Of a stretch of DNA of 64,000 nucleotides, positions 62,831-64,000 are shown one piece after another (the stretch's first letter is position 1; each line of letters begins with the position of its first letter). The stretch lies in IMG/VR virus record IMGVR_UViG_3300029258_002856. One strand, 5' to 3'. The notes beneath the pieces are model-generated. The model was not told the DNA's origin. It searched no databases and saw only the letters and a list, made by a program, of their open reading frames with translations. This DNA comes from a virus. Position numbers and translations under genes: made by a program.

Positions 62831-63219
62831 ATACAGCAAGCAAACACGTCATCGTCGAACTCTGGAACTGCAACACGGACTTTCTCGAGGACGGGGAGTA
62901 CATCGAGAAGTGCCTCCGCAGCATCGCCGCAGTCATCGACGTCACGCCAATCACCTACACACACCACAACTACGACCCGCAGGGGTACACGGGGATTCTC
63001 GTCATTGAAGAGTCCCACATCGTAATTCACACGTGGCCCGAACATCGCTATGCTACAGTGGATGTCTTCACCTGTGGGGAGAAAGACCCCAAGGTCGTGG
63101 GGCCGGTGCTGAAGGAGTTTTTCGAGGCCAAGGAAGCAGGCGTCCTCAGCCTGACCCGGGGCAACCGCAACGGTATCGGGATAGTGTGCCACCATGTGAA
63201 CGGGCACGGTTTTCTGTAG
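62827..63219 (+). CDS. speD: S-adenosylmethionine decarboxylase proenzyme (short prokaryotic type)
   Basis: KHVIVELWNC, PQGYTG, EESHIVIHTWPE (self-cleavage site E-S), YATVDVFTCG. Confidence 0.93.
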   Translation: MNTASKHVIVELWNCNTDFLEDGEYIEKCLRSIAAVIDVTPITYTHHNYDPQGYTGILVIEESHIVIHTWPEHRYATVDVFTCGEKDPKVVGPVLKEFFEAKEAGVLSLTRGNRNGIGIVCHHVNGHGFL

Positions 63220-63232
63220 AAAGGAACGCAGC

Positions 63233-63526
63233 ATGGCTACGGATACGGCAACCCGTCTTCTCTTGAAAGCAGAGGAGATGATAGAACTCGCACAGAAGAA
63301 CCACGTCGAGCGCAAAGGACGGGCGTGGAACAACCCCGAGCAGATTCGGCTGAGCATCGATGGTACCGAAGTCTTCTACATCGGCCCAGATGGAAACTGT
63401 CGAGTCGACGGGGAGTCTTGTGACGACCCCAAGAAAATCCTCGCAGCTATCCGCCGTTTCGTGGCTGTCGGCAAGGACCCCACCAAGCAGAACTTGATGC
63501 ACATGGCTCCGGCCGGAGAAGCGTAA
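63233..63526 (+). CDS. Hypothetical protein
   Basis: AAGGA RBS, co-directional. Confidence 0.65.
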   Translation: MATDTATRLLLKAEEMIELAQKNHVERKGRAWNNPEQIRLSIDGTEVFYIGPDGNCRVDGESCDDPKKILAAIRRFVAVGKDPTKQNLMHMAPAGEA

Positions 63527-63532
63527 CCCGTA

Positions 63533-63847
63533 ATGGACGCGGCGAAAGACAAGCTCTACCGCATCCTCGACGCCGCGCTCCAGTCCGAAGACATCGACCT
63601 CCGCGACAACGTGGTTTCCTACATTGGTCTGATAGAAGACCCCTACTTCCTTCCGCTGCTGCAAGAACACATCACTCACGAAGAAGTGGAGTGGCTGAAA
63701 AGTTACGCCGTAAAAGTCATCGAGTACCTGAAGGCTCGAGAGGCGGGCGTCGAGCCTCTCCCGCCTGGAGAGTCGGACCCGGAGGATACACTCGTGAAGA
63801 ACGTTGCCCGCTGGCGCAAGACGATGCGGGGGATAGGAGACAAATGA
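63533..63847 (+). CDS. Hypothetical protein with a HEAT-repeat-like helix pair
   Basis: LQSEDIDLRDNVVSYIGLIEDPYFLPLL...VEWLKSYAVKVI. Confidence 0.6.
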   Translation: MDAAKDKLYRILDAALQSEDIDLRDNVVSYIGLIEDPYFLPLLQEHITHEEVEWLKSYAVKVIEYLKAREAGVEPLPPGESDPEDTLVKNVARWRKTMRGIGDK

Positions 63848-63850
63848 CAG

Positions 63851-64000
63851 ATGGTTACCCCAGACCAGGTTATCAAACTGGTCTTCTCTCCCTCTGACAT
63901 AGCAACCGCCAAACGGAACGCCGGGAAAGCGTCTCTAGGTGGAGTATCGCGTGTACGGGAGGGGGAAGACCGCCAGTACGCTCTCGCAATTGACCAACTC
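63851..64000 (+). CDS. Hypothetical protein, truncated at the right edge
   Basis: AGGAG upstream; MVTPDQVIKLVFSPSDIATAKRNAGKASLGGVSRVREG... stays open to the window end. Confidence 0.55.
   Translation, partial: MVTPDQVIKLVFSPSDIATAKRNAGKASLGGVSRVREGEDRQYALAIDQL

Noticed and set aside
1-64000. Stop-codon reassignment
   Set aside because: Genes are full length in the standard code, and TAG, TGA and TAA all terminate genes exactly at coupled starts (e.g. 25412/25413, 28708, 26909).

Overview
This 64-kb window is part of a large, GC-rich tailed dsDNA phage genome, probably a myovirus. It holds three blocks. (i) A mostly minus-strand replication/early block at 1-18.5 kb: MoxR-like AAA+ ATPase, family A DNA polymerase with a UDG-like N-terminal domain, primase-helicase, two PD-(D/E)XK nucleases, ParB, an amidase and an SNF2 helicase. 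The terminase large subunit and a zinc-ribbon-decorated sigma70-family factor sit in this block on the plus strand. (ii) A long plus-strand virion block at 18.5-59 kb: portal, a cellular-type multisubunit RNA polymerase, prohead protease, scaffold-like proteins, major capsid, neck, sheath, tube and spike. (iii) An accessory block at 59-64 kb with tRNA-Gln, tRNA-Glu, a DUF5662-like HD protein and SAM decarboxylase. The most striking candidate system is a head-packaged, protease-processed cargo set. The RNAP is encoded as a beta/beta-prime-N fusion plus a separate beta-prime-C gene. A ligase-less LigD-type primase-polymerase/3'-phosphoesterase gene is translationally coupled between the two RNAP genes. 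Neighbouring proteins share a G-x4-L-x3-G helix and recurrent K-x-A motifs that look like targeting signals and protease cleavage sites. A second candidate is a set of unannotated, densely base-paired non-coding elements at about 2.35-2.85 kb, 20.85-20.98 kb, 60.07-60.40 kb and 60.48-60.85 kb, the last exactly bracketed by the two tRNAs. All protein calls come from motif recognition by eye; no database searches or folding programs were run.
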